From Octopus bimaculoides (Eukaryota): a stretch of 64,000 bases of DNA. The notes beneath the pieces are model-generated. The model had not been told where the DNA came from and searched no databases. It worked only from the letters and a program-made list of their open reading frames with translations. Where the stretch lies: NCBI RefSeq assembly GCF_001194135.2, contig NC_068981.1:173491293-173555292 (forward strand). The letters run 5' to 3'. Position numbers and translations under genes: made by a program. Positions within the stretch are counted from its first letter, which is position 1. Each line of letters starts with the position of its first letter. Shown here piece by piece: positions 37,401-51,140 of the stretch.

Positions 37401-39560
37401 TTGTGGGGTAATTAACTAAGCTTTTATAAAAAGGTTAAGGGAGTAAAACCCTAAAGAAAATTCAGAGGGAAGGACCCAAAAGCAGATGGCTTCCTCAGTG
37501 ATTTCATGCACACTGTAAATATACAGACTAGTTTTTCTATTGTGGCTTATCCATGAGTGGAGAGGTGGNNNNNNNNNNNNNNACTGTAAATATACAGACT
37601 AGTTTTTCTATTGTGGCTTATCCATGAGTGGAGAGGTGGTTAGTGTACAGGGGCTAGGTATTCACTTCTGGAAACAGCCCATGCACTTGTGAAGGTTAAG
37701 TTATTGTTGCTGCAATACTTTTAACCAACGATGAAAAAGGCCAACCAGCCTGTCTTCCTGGATTCTGCACTAACCTCCATGCTTAGTTCTATCTTCTCAG
37801 AATATTGGCCCTTTGAAATTTTCTCTTTCCATGTGCCTTTCTAGCAGTGGTTGATTTACAGTGATTTAAGCCAACTGCTGACAGCATCACTCTCTCTTGG
37901 AGGACATATAAAGGCTAAGGATATAGCTAATAAAAAAGTCTGTAACCTTGTAGTAATTCTCGATAATTTTCTCTCTGATACTAACATTTGTAGGAAAGAT
38001 ATTAATGTCACCAGGTCAATGAAAAATGCTATACTAGGTTGCTTAGCTTGCTAGAAATAACAACCTAATGTCTGTTAAATCATACCCAACCATCTTAGCA
38101 AATAGGAAAAAGATATTGGATAAGGCAGTCTGAGATAAACTGTTTGAAAAGACAAGATGGCCATGGCTAGAAAGCCTTTGGTCATAGGTCAATTCAGTTA
38201 GGACTAACTTCACACTAAAAAATAACAGTTAATCCTTCTCAATAAATCTGTTTTTTTTTGTATCAAAGAGTGGTAAAATGTGGTGAAAACAATAGTATCT
38301 TAAATGGAATACTTTGCTGCATCAAGAGACAGAACTAATTTTTCTGAGAAAAAATTCCATCATTTAGATACTGTTCTATTTGGAGAGAAATGCAATATTT
38401 CTGTAAGAAATATTAAACGATGTTATGAAGCAGAGAAATTCAAAGATGGCCATAGCAAAATATCTTAATCACTTGAAAGTACCTGTGTTTACACAGCGAA
38501 ACAAGTTATTCCCTGTAAGAAGTGAAAAAAAAGGTAAGGTGTGAATAGAACCCCCCCCCCCAAAAAAAAACATATAATATACATACACTGTATTTTAGAT
38601 ATGAATGTAGATGCCCCCATTCCATGTAGTTGATAGTTTCTGTCACTTAAGTGACCTAATTAGTACTGAGTTGGCTTTTAATTCTTTAAAAAAAAAAAAA
38701 TTTTTTTATATCACATTTCATGAACAATAGTGTTGTCATTAGTTACAGGTTTACAATGAAGCAGTGACTGGTTCACTGCATTTAGAATACAAATTAACAA
38801 TGACAAAGGAGTGCCTGTGCAATTTGTGTCAAATAAATATGTTGGTTTCAAATTTTGGCACAAGACCAATAACTTTGAGGGAGGAGTAAGTCGACTGCAT
38901 CAACAACCTCCTCCTCTAGTCCTTGACTGGTACTTGTTTTATCAACCCCAAAAGGATGAAAGGCAAAGTCAACCTTGATGGAATTTGAACTCAGAATGCA
39001 TGAACGGATGAAATGCTGCTAAGCATTTGTCTGACATGCTAATGATTCTGTCAGCCTGCTGCACGACACATTTTAGTTCAAAAGCACTAGTTTATCAGTT
39101 TTCTTGCTAATGTTTATTTACATCTTTTGCCAACACACAATAGAGTAAAACACACATATGCACCCCCCCCCCCACCTCCATTTTGTTTTTGCAATGTTTT
39201 TTATGCAAGAATCTTGATGTTAAATTGTGGGTTGAGACAGATACTGTTCTATTTGGAGAGAAATGCAGATGCATACCAACCAGTACACATGCACAAAAAT
39301 CTCTCTTGTAACTCTGCACTAGGTAATGTAGACAAGGAAGTCAATGGAAAAGCTTTTGTGGTGAAATGAATGATTTTCACAAACCAGTCAATTGACTAAT
39401 TAATTGATTAATTAGTCAATTAGCAATAAAAAAGAAATGAGTTACATCCAGTACCTGTGATTTTATTGGTAGAATGTTATGCCTAAAGTATAACAGTATA
39501 TATATATATATACATTCACACACACATACGCATACAGATGCATACATACACATATATATA

Positions 39561-39792
39561 TATTGGGTTGTCCGGAAAGTTCGTGCCAATTTATAGTAGC
39601 TTATCTTTCGACTTATTTGCCATGAAACCACCTCAATTCTGGGAAGAGGGTATTTTCAAGTTAAAGGAAAGATGGAGACGCATTGTGCAACAAAATGGTT
39701 TATATTTGGTTGATTAAAAATGTAATGGCAAGTATTTATTGAAATTTTTCTTTCCTTTAAAAATCAGCACAAACTTTCCAGACAACCCAATA
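39561..39792 (+). mobile_element. Internally deleted mariner (MITE) with both TIRs
   Basis: TATTGGGTTGTCCGGAAAGTT ... AACTTTCCAGACAACCCAATA. The interior encodes the transposase tail FWEEGIFKLKERWRRIVQQNGLY. Confidence 0.85.
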
Positions 39793-40158
39793 CATGTATA
39801 CTATATATGTATGTACATACATATATATTAATTAGCAACAGAGACAGTATTTATACAGAGAGGGAATATTTATCCCCACCTAAACGTGAATGTTCTGTTA
39901 AAACAAATTATACTGCAGTATACCTCCCCACCAGTGATATATAGAATAACAGTGCCAGAACAGATGCTGGTGTTGCAATTAGCCAGTGAGCTTGTTAAAA
40001 GATATTTATTAGTGACAGAGACAGTATTAATACCAAGAGGTAATATTTATCCCCACTTAAACATAGATGTTCTGCTAGAACATGCTATAACTACAGCAGT
40101 TACCATAAGAGAAATTCTCATATTGGCTTTTGGTGCCATATTTATTCCCACTCGAATG

Positions 40159-41290
40159 TCATCATCATCATCATCATCGTTTAACGTCTGCTTTCCATGC
40201 TAGCATGGGTTGGACGATTTGACTGAGGACTGGTGAAACCGGATGGCAACACCAGGCTCCAGTCTGATTTGGCAGAGTTTCTACAGCTGAATGCCCTTCC
40301 TAACGCCAACCACTCAGAGAGTGTAGTGGGTGCTTTTACGTGTCACCCGAACGAAAACGACCACACACGAAATGGTGTCTTTTATGTGCCACCCGCACAA
40401 GCCAGTCCAGGGGCACTGGCAACGATCTCGCTCGAAAATCCTACAGGAGCCAGTCAGGCGGTACTGGCAACGGCCACGNNNNNNNNNNNNNNNNNNNNNN
40501 NNNNNNNNNNNNNNNNNNNNNNNNNNNNNNNNNNNNNNNNNNNNNNNNNNNNNNNNNNNNNNNNNNNNNNNNNNNNNNNNNNNNNNNNNNNNNNNNNNNN
40601 NNNNNNNNNNNNNNNNNNNNNNNNNNNNNNNNNNNNNNNNNNNNNNNNNNNNNNNNNNNNNNNNNNNNNNNNNNNNNNNNNNNNNNNNNNNNNNNNNNNN
40701 NNNNNNNNNNNNNNNNNNNNNNNNNNNNNNNNNNNNNNNNNNNNNNNNNNNNNNNNNNNNNNNNNNNNNNNNNNNNNNNNNNNNNNNNNNNNNNNNNNNN
40801 NNNNNNNNNNNNNNNNNNNNNNNNNNNNNNNNNNNNNNNNNNNNNNNNNNNNNNNNNNNNNNNNNNNNNNNNNNNNNNNNNNNNNNNNNNNNNNNNNNNN
40901 NNNNNNNNNNNNNNNNNNNNNNNNNNNNNNNNNNNNNNNCTATCCTCCTCCATTCTCACCACATGTCCATACCAGCGCAATCGTCTCTCTTGCACGCCAC
41001 AACTGATGCTTCTAATGTTCAGCTTTTCTCTCAAGATACTTACACTCTGACGGGTATTCACATTGACATTACACATCCAACGGAGCATACTGGCTTCATT
41101 CCTTGCGAGCTTACGTATGTCCTCAGCAGTTACAGCCCATGTTTCACTGCCATGTAGCATGGTTGTTCGTACGCATGCGTCATACAGTCTGCCTTTTACT
41201 CTGAGTGAGAGTCCCTTTGTCGCCAGCAGGGGTAAGAGCTCTCTAAACTTTGCCCAGGCTATTCTTATTCTAGCCCAGGCTGTAGATAAA
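40159..41290 (-). mobile_element. 5'-truncated RTE LINE with 3' UTR and (GAT)n tail (gap inside)
   Basis: ARIRIAWAKFRELLPLL...LYDACVRTTMLHGSETW...RRLRWYGHVVRM is a typical RTE C-terminus. It continues across the gap into the (GAT)n-tailed repeat. Confidence 0.9.
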
Positions 41291-41600
41291 TATTGACTAT
41301 GTTGATAGTAAATATCTTTTAACAAGCTCACTGGCTAATTGTAATACCAGTGCCTGTTCTGGCACAGTTATTCTAAATATTGCTGGCTGGGAGGTGAATC
41401 ACTGCTATTTCTAGTGGTCAGGCATCCATTATTGACAAGATCAAGGAAGGTCGAAATTATGTGATCTGGCGGACTCAGTGCCGGAGGTGTCAGGGATTTA
41501 TCTTCCTGTTAGCACCAAAAACCAATATGAGAGTTTCTCTCATGGTAACTATCACAATATACTTTGATCTAAAAGAACATACCTGTTCAAGTGGGGATAA

Positions 41601-41668
<68 letters not shown>

Positions 41669-44600
41669 CATAATGATTGCTTCATCTTGTCAGATGGTAG
41701 CCATTTCACATTCAGTGAACCGAGAAATGAAATGAATAGTGAGACAACTGTTTATCATTGAACTTAAGTGACAAAAGCTTGTACAACACTTTTGCCACTC
41801 TTTCAGTCACCATAATAGGTTCTAGTGACAAGCATTGTAAGATGACTGGTTCTATTTTGACAGCAAGTTTTATGTCAGAATATCTTTCTCGTAGATGAGC
41901 TGCCTTTCCTATAATATAGTCAAAAATAATGGGAGCTTTCTCTACCTCTGGGCAATCTATTTAACCCATAGATGGGACCCTGACAGATACTACTGGTCCA
42001 GATATGAATGGTAGTTAAGAGTTGACTCCACAATCCCCACAACTCTGGTTTCCATCTACCAAATCTACTCATGAAGCCTTAGACACTTGTCTAAAGTACC
42101 CCACTTTGGGGCTAAGCCCCAAACCATGCGGTTGGGAAACAAATTTCTTATCACACACAGCCTTACCTGTGCCTGCGTATACATGCACACATGCATACAT
42201 ATACATAAATGCATAGACACATATATATCATCATCATCATCGTTTATATATATATATATATATAAAATTAATAATAATATACATATGTATATAATTATAT
42301 TAAAGGAGCAATATATATTATTATTAATTTAATGTATAAATTACCTATAAATTCTTATAGCATGCTGACTACCTGATAAAAATCATTATATAATTCCAAG
42401 AGAGTTAGAGGTTGTGAATCCAACCAACTACGGGATAATATCTATCCAATACACTGCTGGTAAAATACCCAATTATTAATACACAAGTGTTGTTTATTGC
42501 ATGGCAATTACACTACTGAATGTAATAAATAGGCGAAGGTAAAAAGTTGTTTTGCCCTTAATTTATACGGCAAGAAGAAAATAGAGGGGATCAAGAGGGG
42601 GTATTCATCAACTTTTAGACATTATACTATGTCTATTTATTTATTTTAAACAATTATAATATACATACATGTTTTACGTATATAAAAATACCAGTAATTA
42701 TTAGAATATAGAAAGTAGAACAGTTTCTTACAGCTGTTTCAGCCAAGAGGTCACAGTACTTCACATGTTACTTCCATCCCTTCAATGAACTGTAGTATTT
42801 GGTAGACAAAATTAAGGTACTTGGATGTGCCTCTAGGCTTCGTCAGAGAGTTTAGAAAGTGTGTGTGTGTGTGTGCATGTGTGCACACGTGTGTTTGTTT
42901 CTTTAGCTTGACATTGCATCCTATTTATAAATAAACATAACCATCCTACAATTGGAGTCCTTTTCTGGCAATCTACAAAGAAAACACATCTAACCATTGT
43001 GCTGTTCATGTTTGAAGGACTAGAGAAAATAATTTACTTTGCTTGGAAACAAGTGAATGTTGGCAACAGGAACAGCATCTGGCAGCAGAAAATTTGCCTC
43101 AACAAATTGATCCATTCAATTATGGAAAAGTGTACATTTAAAATGACGATGATGATGATAGTGGTGGTGATGATGAATATATAATGTGATGGATCTTATT
43201 CTAGTGTTTAAGGTATCGTGCAGCTTTGGTTATAACATTTGTGTCTCAATCACAAATTCTGTTCAAACAAAATTCGGGATCTGTGAGGCTGGTTAAAAAA
43301 AATTCTCATACATTGCATAGCTTCCTGAATGTATAAATCAGTGAACTGTCCTTGTTTATGGTGCATATTTACAACCAAATGAAATGGACCATCGAGAACT
43401 CAGTGTATTTGATATGAACACAAACAGCATTGGAGACAGGATATATGTTATTGACACTTAAGATCATGAAAAGATTAATTGGGTGAGTAAATGCATGTAT
43501 TGCATTCATTTAAAAAAATAATTGGATGCTTTTATGACATTGACTTTTTTTTTATTGGGAAAAGGAGTGTGGTATATATATTTTCAAGTTAGATACACTC
43601 TCTGAGTGGTTGGCGTTAGGAAGGGCATCCAACTGTAGAAACTCTGCCAAATTTAGATTGGAGCCTGGTGCTGCCATCCGGCTTCACCAGTCCTCAGTCA
43701 AATCGTCCAACCCATGCTAGCATGGAAAGCGGACGTTAAACGATGATGATGATGATGATGATGATAGACTGAGGTTTAAAGAATAACATATCTGTGTCTA
43801 TTGTGTTTGTGTCTAGTAAAAAGAACACACCTTTATTTATTTATAGATAAGGCTGTTGATGCATATATGTTTAAAATCTTTAAAGATCATTTGTACATTA
43901 ATGACCTACTTGCTATTATTTCTTACTGCATACATTCCTATATAGCTCATATCATGCTTTATGTCTCTTTAACTTTGCACATATAGTATGATACATAAGT
44001 AACTTAGATACCACATGCCAAACATGCATTGCATTTCTAAGCAAAACATGTCTGAAAACATATTTTAATTAAAACATGACAATGAAATCTTATTCAACAA
44101 TACTAAGACAAAATCAATTCATATATCAAAAAGATATTCTTTGCATATGAGCAGAAATATAACTAATGCCTTCACAGTCATTACAAATATTAAATTTTAT
44201 ATTCTCTGATTATTTCTTATGATGGCCTTACATACATGATATTGTTACAATTGCATCCGAGGGTCAGAATATAATTCTCAGCTCTAATAAATTGCTGACA
44301 CTTTACAAAGCTCAGGTGCAACCCAATTTTGAGAAACATTGATATCTTTAAGACAGTGTACACAAAAACTTTCGAGACAACATTCAAAAGAAGGTCACCC
44401 AGGAAAATACTACTACTAGGACTGCTTCTTCAGGAAGCCTTTGAAGAAAAGGTGTTGCATATCTAGACATGCTCTTATATATTTAAATGATAAACTTCTG
44501 GAAAGTTTTACAGATTTTTACAGTTCCAGTGATGGCTTGGATCTGTAACCTTCGAATCAGCTTTCTCCTTTCTGGTGTTTAGAAGACTAATTTCTCAAGA

Positions 44601-44799
44601 TTGCTATAGCCTAGTTGTGTTTATCTGCATCAGTGTCTCCATATCAGCTCACCTGGATTTCTCTAATAGCCACTCTTTAACTCGTGGACCTAGTCCTTGA
44701 TAAAGACTTTAGAATTTAAGTTTGAATTTTTGAGCACTATGTGTTTTCTATACTGAGCCTCTCTCTAGATCTCACCTGTTGACTGTATACATATACACA

Positions 44800-44899
<100 letters not shown>

Positions 44900-45152
44900 G
44901 ACATATAAACACACACACACATATATGTAAATACATATATACATAAACATATCCATTTCTGTTATATATATGTGATGAATAAAGTGGCAAGAAAACTGAA
45001 GATAGATGGAAAAATAACACAAGCGAACATGAACACACTTCACCCTCATCAATAGTCAACCAAATACCATAGCAAATTCAACACCTTCAAACAATGTCCA
45101 ATTTGGGGGTGTTAGTAATGTGGAAACAACTGAGACATAAAGGAGCACACAT

Positions 45153-45202
<50 letters not shown>

Positions 45203-45519
45203 NNNNNNNNNNNNNNNNNNNNNNNNNNNNNNNNNNNNNNNNNNNNNNNNNNNNNNNNNNNNNNNNNNNNNNNNNNNNNNNNNNNNNNNNNNNNNNNNNN
45301 NNNNNNNNNNNNNNNNNNNNNNNNNNNNNNNNNNNNNNNNNNNNNNNNNNNNNNNNNNNNNNNNNNNNNNNNNNNNNNNNNNNNNNNNNNNNNNNNNNNN
45401 NNNNNNNNNNNNNNNNNNNNNNNNNNNNNNNNNNNNNNNNNNNNNNNNNNNNNNNNNNNNNNNNNNNNNNNNNNNNNNNNNNNNNNNNNNNNNNNNNNNN
45501 NNNNNNNNNNNNNNNNNNN

Positions 45520-45573
<54 letters not shown>

Positions 45574-46439
45574 TTATAACAAAATGTGCCCAACTTTTCT
45601 CATCAGCAAGATTTTGAAATTAAATCAAGGTACTTACATAAATTTTGACATTTTTTATGAAATGATTTTGTCCCTTTATTCTTCCTAACTCAGCTCCTTA
45701 CAATCAATTTTTTGTTGTGGGATATCTGTAGCATTGATACAAGCAATAGCATGCTGATTTTCAGCTTTCTTATTCTCACTGGTTCCCACATCAGCCAGTC
45801 ATGAAAAGACAAACTAAGATTCTAATGCTCACTTGTTCTTCAATGAAAGAAAAAATTCAGTTTTTTTTTTCCTGCTTTCAATGGCTGCTACTCTGTGTTT
45901 GTTGTAGTTTTTGAGCTAACACTGACCCCAACTAAGTATTAAAAAAAAGAGAGAGAGAGGGAAAAAAAAACAACTCGTCCAAGAAAAACCAGTGTCTTAA
46001 CTCTTTCGAAGTCAAGAAATAAAATGGCCTAGAAATACACTTGGTTTTCTTTGTCTCATATGTGAAAATATAAACGTATCCAATTACATATTAACATTCT
46101 ATTTTTGTATCCATTTGTGAACTACGATAAATAAATGAATATCTACAACAGTTAGATGACGGCTTTGTATTTTGACAATGATCAGCTGTTGTTTATGAAC
46201 TTTCTAACAGCTGGCATTATATGAAATATTTATTGAAAAAAATAAAACATTAAAAATGTACAAAATAAAGACAAATAAAGCAATAATATGTATAGTCTGT
46301 TTATGTTTGTGTGTGCATGTGTAATTTTTATGTTCATTTCTCCATGTTTTTATGAGGTGGGCATATCTTCTCCTCCACAACCTCCCACTATTTGTCATGG
46401 GCAGACAACGACTCCTTCAGGTTTAGTGTCCTGATTTGA

Positions 46440-46830
46440 GTCTTTGCCATTTCTGTCCATGTCTTCCTTGCCTCCTACTTTTTTCTTTTCAGCAAGTTCC
46501 TTCCATTTGGATCATTTGTCACTTCTTTTTATAGCTGACATCCTCCATGTACATCACAGATTTATACCAGTGCAGTTACTTGCACACTATATACAATGTC
46601 TTTTATACTGTTTTATTCCCAACTCATTCCAGCATTCATACACACTAATACTACACATCCAACAGAGCATGCTCACCTCATTTTTTTTTTAGCCTACACA
46701 GATCCTCTACATTCAATATCCACGTTTTGATTCTATGCAACATTGCCTGTTGTACACGTTTTACATACACATTTTCCACCTGATTTTTACATTGGCTGCT
46801 ATGCTTTCAGAGTACCTACCTTCACTGCTA
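46440..46830 (-). mobile_element. Old RTE LINE C-terminal fragment
   Basis: Minus-strand remnants such as MLHRIKTW and NEVSMLCWMC parallel the 40940-41290 protein. Confidence 0.6.
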
Positions 46831-48737
46831 CTTAGGTCATCAAGGTAAGAGAAGCTATGAACTATTTCTATGGAGCCTTCTGACCATTTGTAAGAATATA
46901 TTTCCTTGAATGCTTTCACTCTTTTACACCTTTACTCTTTTACTTGTTTCAGTCATTTGACTGCGGCCATGCTGGAGCACCGCCTTTTAGTCAAGCAAAT
47001 CGACCCCAGAACTTATTCTTTTTGTAAGCCTAGTACTTATTCTATCGGTCTCTTTTGCCGAACCGCTAAGTTACAGGGACGTAAACACACCACCATCGGT
47101 TGTCAAGCGATGCTGGGGGGGGGGACAAACACAGACACACAAACATATACACACACATACATACATATATATATACATATATATGACGAGCTTCTTTCAG
47201 TTTCCGTCTACCAANNNNNNNNNNCCGCTAAGTTACAGGGACGTAAACACACCACCATCGGTTGTCAAGCGATGCTGGGGGGGGGGACAAACACAGACAC
47301 ACAAACATATACACACACATACATACATATATATATACATATATATGACGAGCTTCTTTCAGTTTCCGTCTACCAAATCCACTCACAAGGCTTTGGTTGG
47401 CCCGAGGCTATAGTGGAAGACATTTGCCCAAGGTGCCACGCAGTGTGAATGAACCCGGAACCATGTGGTTGGTAAGCAAGCTACTTACCACACAGCCACT
47501 CCTGTTGTACATTTACCACATATGAAGTCTTTCTTTTTTGTGAGCCTGCCTATTATTTCACTTTTCTTCCTGAGCACCCACGAAGCATACCATATGGAAT
47601 TCGCATCTGCTCCTTTTTTGCATATCGAGTATGACCATAAACCAGCAGAGTCTTGTTCCCTTTCTTGCTAAATTTTCTTTTTTTGTTTTGTTTTGCCTAA
47701 GTATATTTTAAGCCCTAGCACTTTAGCATTTAGATTCTTCTGTCAAATATATGCCTATTTAATCAGATTATTTCGAATTAATCATGCATTATCTCATAGC
47801 TTTGAGATTTTGATGATGTGGCTTTGTTTTTAGGATGACATTATAGGGTAGTTGTAAAAGGCTTGACCAATTCAGTTTGAATGATAAAACAGGTAGAATG
47901 TTTTGGCCAAATACGACCAGTTTAAATGCTAAAGGATTAAGCTTAATATGCACACACTACACTGGTATGGAGATTTTAGGCATTACACACACACACACAC
48001 ACACATGGGCAAAGTTTTCTATGGTCAAATGCCCTTCTTGACAGCAGCAATCCATTTCTGCTTCCAGACAAGATAATAATCCCCCAGTTTATTGAATAAA
48101 ATGCCCAGACATGGTTATACAGGAAACTACACACACACACATTTCTATTTATATCATCATCACAATTATCTAATGTCCCCTTTCCCTGCTTGCATGGGTC
48201 AGACAAAATTTGTTGAGCAGATTTTCTACAGCCAGATGTCCTTCCTGTTGCCAATCTTCACCTGTTTCCAAATAAGGTGGCATTCCCGATGACCAGGCAT
48301 GTTTTTATGGCATACTGGAAATGACAGACACTTCTTTTGTGTGTGTGTGTGTGTGTTGTGTGTGTGTGCGCATGCATGTGTGTGTGTGTGATTGTGAAAG
48401 AGAGAGAGAGAGAGAGAGAGATTGTATATTCCCTGTCTTGATATATGTAAGCTGATTTTAAACAGAGTCATTCTTCATACAAACAGTCTTGCTATTTTAT
48501 AATGCTTTGTGAAAGCATGTCCAGACTAGGAGAAATATTATCTTGCTTGGAAGCATGTGAAAGCTGGAAATATGAAGAGCATCTGGCCATAGAAAAGTCT
48601 ACCTCAAGAAAGTCTCTCTCATCTGACCTATGCAAGCATGGAAAAGTGGTTGTTGAAATGAGGATGATATTTAGCTCAGCATTCTGTATCACTGTTTCAG
48701 TTTTCCTGGCATTATAGATTGAAAGATCATAATTCAT

Positions 48738-48774
<37 letters not shown>

Positions 48775-49864
48775 GTACTATTGTTTTGCCTTATGTTAGC
48801 CTTGACTGGTGCTGGTGCCATGTCTTCATCATCATTGTTAATAACATTTAATGTCTGTTTTCCATGCTGGCATGGGTTGGATGGCTTGACAAGAACTGGC
48901 AAGATCAGGGTTCACACCATGCTCTGTAGTCTGTTTTGGCTTGATTTCTACAGCTGGATGTCCTTCTTAATACTTACCACTCTACAGAGTGTACTAGGTA
49001 CTTTTTACAAGGCACCATCACCAGCACCAGTGCTTTTTACATGGCACTAACACCAGTCTATGATCAAAATATTTCAGTTGTAACTATCCTGTCATTTTTT
49101 TTTTTATTTTCCAGGTATATATTCTAAACAACACTGTCTGATATAACTTTGTCATTTTTAAGATAGCTGTATGTGATTTGAGGGATATTTGGCTATTGTT
49201 TCTAGTAGATTAGGTGACTGTCATAAGGTTTTTATTGACTCGAAAATAAGAGAGTTATGTCGTATTTCTATAGGTCTGACCAATAGCAAATTCTGCTCCT
49301 TACAGCTCAGCAATGGTTATTTCAAATATATAAATATTTAATTTTGTAAAATACTATGAAGCTAGGAGAAATCATAATATGTTTAGCCTTCATGTTCGAC
49401 TCTTCACTAAAGACGTAAAATAACATTAAAAAAATGAAACAAAAACAAACTAGACATTCCAAAACATGTATTCTAACTGTTTTGCTAATTCATATCACCA
49501 ATTGCTACTTTCCATCCTTTTAATTTTATCTTTATTGTCTTTTTTTATTCTATTTAAATGGAATACAGTAATACCACATGCTCCACTCACACTACACCCA
49601 TCATAAACTATCTCCCTAAAATCACTCTCTTTTACTCTTTTACTTGTTTCAGTCATTTGACTGCAGCCATGCTGGAGCACCGCCTTTAGTCGAGCAAATC
49701 GACCCCAGGACTTATTCTTTGTAAGCCTAGTACTTATTCTATTGGTCTCTTTTGCCGAACCGCTAAGTTACGGAGACGTAAACACACCAGCATCGGTTGT
49801 CAAGCGATGTTGGGGGGACAAACACAGACACACAAACACATACACACACATACATATATATATA

Positions 49865-49908
<44 letters not shown>

Positions 49909-50229
49909 ACAGGCTTCTTTCAGTTTCCGTCTACCAAATCCACTCACAAGGTTTTGGTCGGCCTGACGCTATAGCAGAAGACACTTACCCAAGGTGCTAC
50001 ACAGTGGGACTGAACCCAGAACAATGCGGTTGGTAAGCAAGCTACTTACCACACAGCCACTCCTGTGCCTATAACATCCCTAACATCTAACAAAAATAGA
50101 TATATACATTAGATAATGTTGTTCTTAATATATGAAGTTTGAAAAAGAATGAGATGGCCAAGTCTGGACTGTCTTTGATCATAAGTGTGCTTAATCAGGA
50201 TTGATCTTGGGCTGAATAACAACAATGAC

Positions 50230-51140
50230 AACAACTTACACATACTGTAGTACACAGAGTAACAAAAACAATTAAAATCATATCCAGAAAACATATCCGC
50301 AAGACAACATAAATATAATACAATGCCAATTGTGCATCAGAAATAACTAACTTGAGGAAAAACCAGGGCAACTTCAAACACATGTTAAGACATATAACAC
50401 AAATATAACATAGTATCAAATAATTAAACAAAGACAATAACCCATAGAAGAAAATCTATCCAACATAAACCTCAAAACAAACATTAAAACACTATATAAT
50501 AATTAGCAACATCAACAACAACACCATACTTTATTATTTGTCACAATAACAACCACAAAAATGTATCTACACTTTAATATGTAGCAAACATCTTAATTGA
50601 CATTTCTGGAAAAAACTAGTCACAAAAATCTACACGAAAAAGATAGGAACCTAAAACGAAAAATATGCATTCCTACCTAGGCCATGGTTTGACCACTTTC
50701 TTCCTCCTAAGCACTTGGAATGCAATTGGGATATTTAAAAACTTAAAAGCCCCAAGATCATGCCAAATCACAAACTACATCTAAAATATTTAACATCTAA
50801 AGGAATCATTGTACTCACCAACATCTATGACTACTTGTATCAACAGTCAAAATTCCCAGAATATGGAAACTGGATAAAATAATCATAGCAATTCTAAAAG
50901 CCAGCTAAATAAAACATAAGTAAAGTAATCAAAGAAATACCTCAAAAATTTTAGGTTTTTTCTTGTTATTGCTAAATCAGTCATATTCCTTGTCAAATCA
51001 TAACACTTAACTACCATGACTTACGAACAGAGGATATATGATGGCTCCAACAACAGAAAAAAACTACTTTCCACATGTACCATTCTAACTACCATTGATA
51101 TCAGCAACGCTTTTGCTTCCGTTCCCTGCTACTTGTTCAC
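50230..51140 (+). mobile_element. Decayed I/Jockey-like LINE, RT N-terminal region
   Basis: KAPRSCQITN, GIIVLTNIY, and TILTTIDISNAFASVP (cf. KAPGxDxIxN; DISKAFDxV). Confidence 0.6.

Larger units (their letters stand above)
33230..38220 (+). repeat. Cluster of an (AAC)n-tailed SINE-like family
   Basis: Motif TAGAAATAGCAGCCAAATxTCCxTCAAATCAC...CATTGGATAAT...GATGGTCAT...CAGGGCTGAC...AACAACAAC at about 33236, 33770, 35390, 36140, 36360 and 38050. Also at 27560 and, inverted, 49130-49290. Confidence 0.6.

Noticed and set aside
37512-37639. 57-bp direct repeat
   Set aside because: Straddles a short N gap; overlap artefact. The same applies to 47063-47372.
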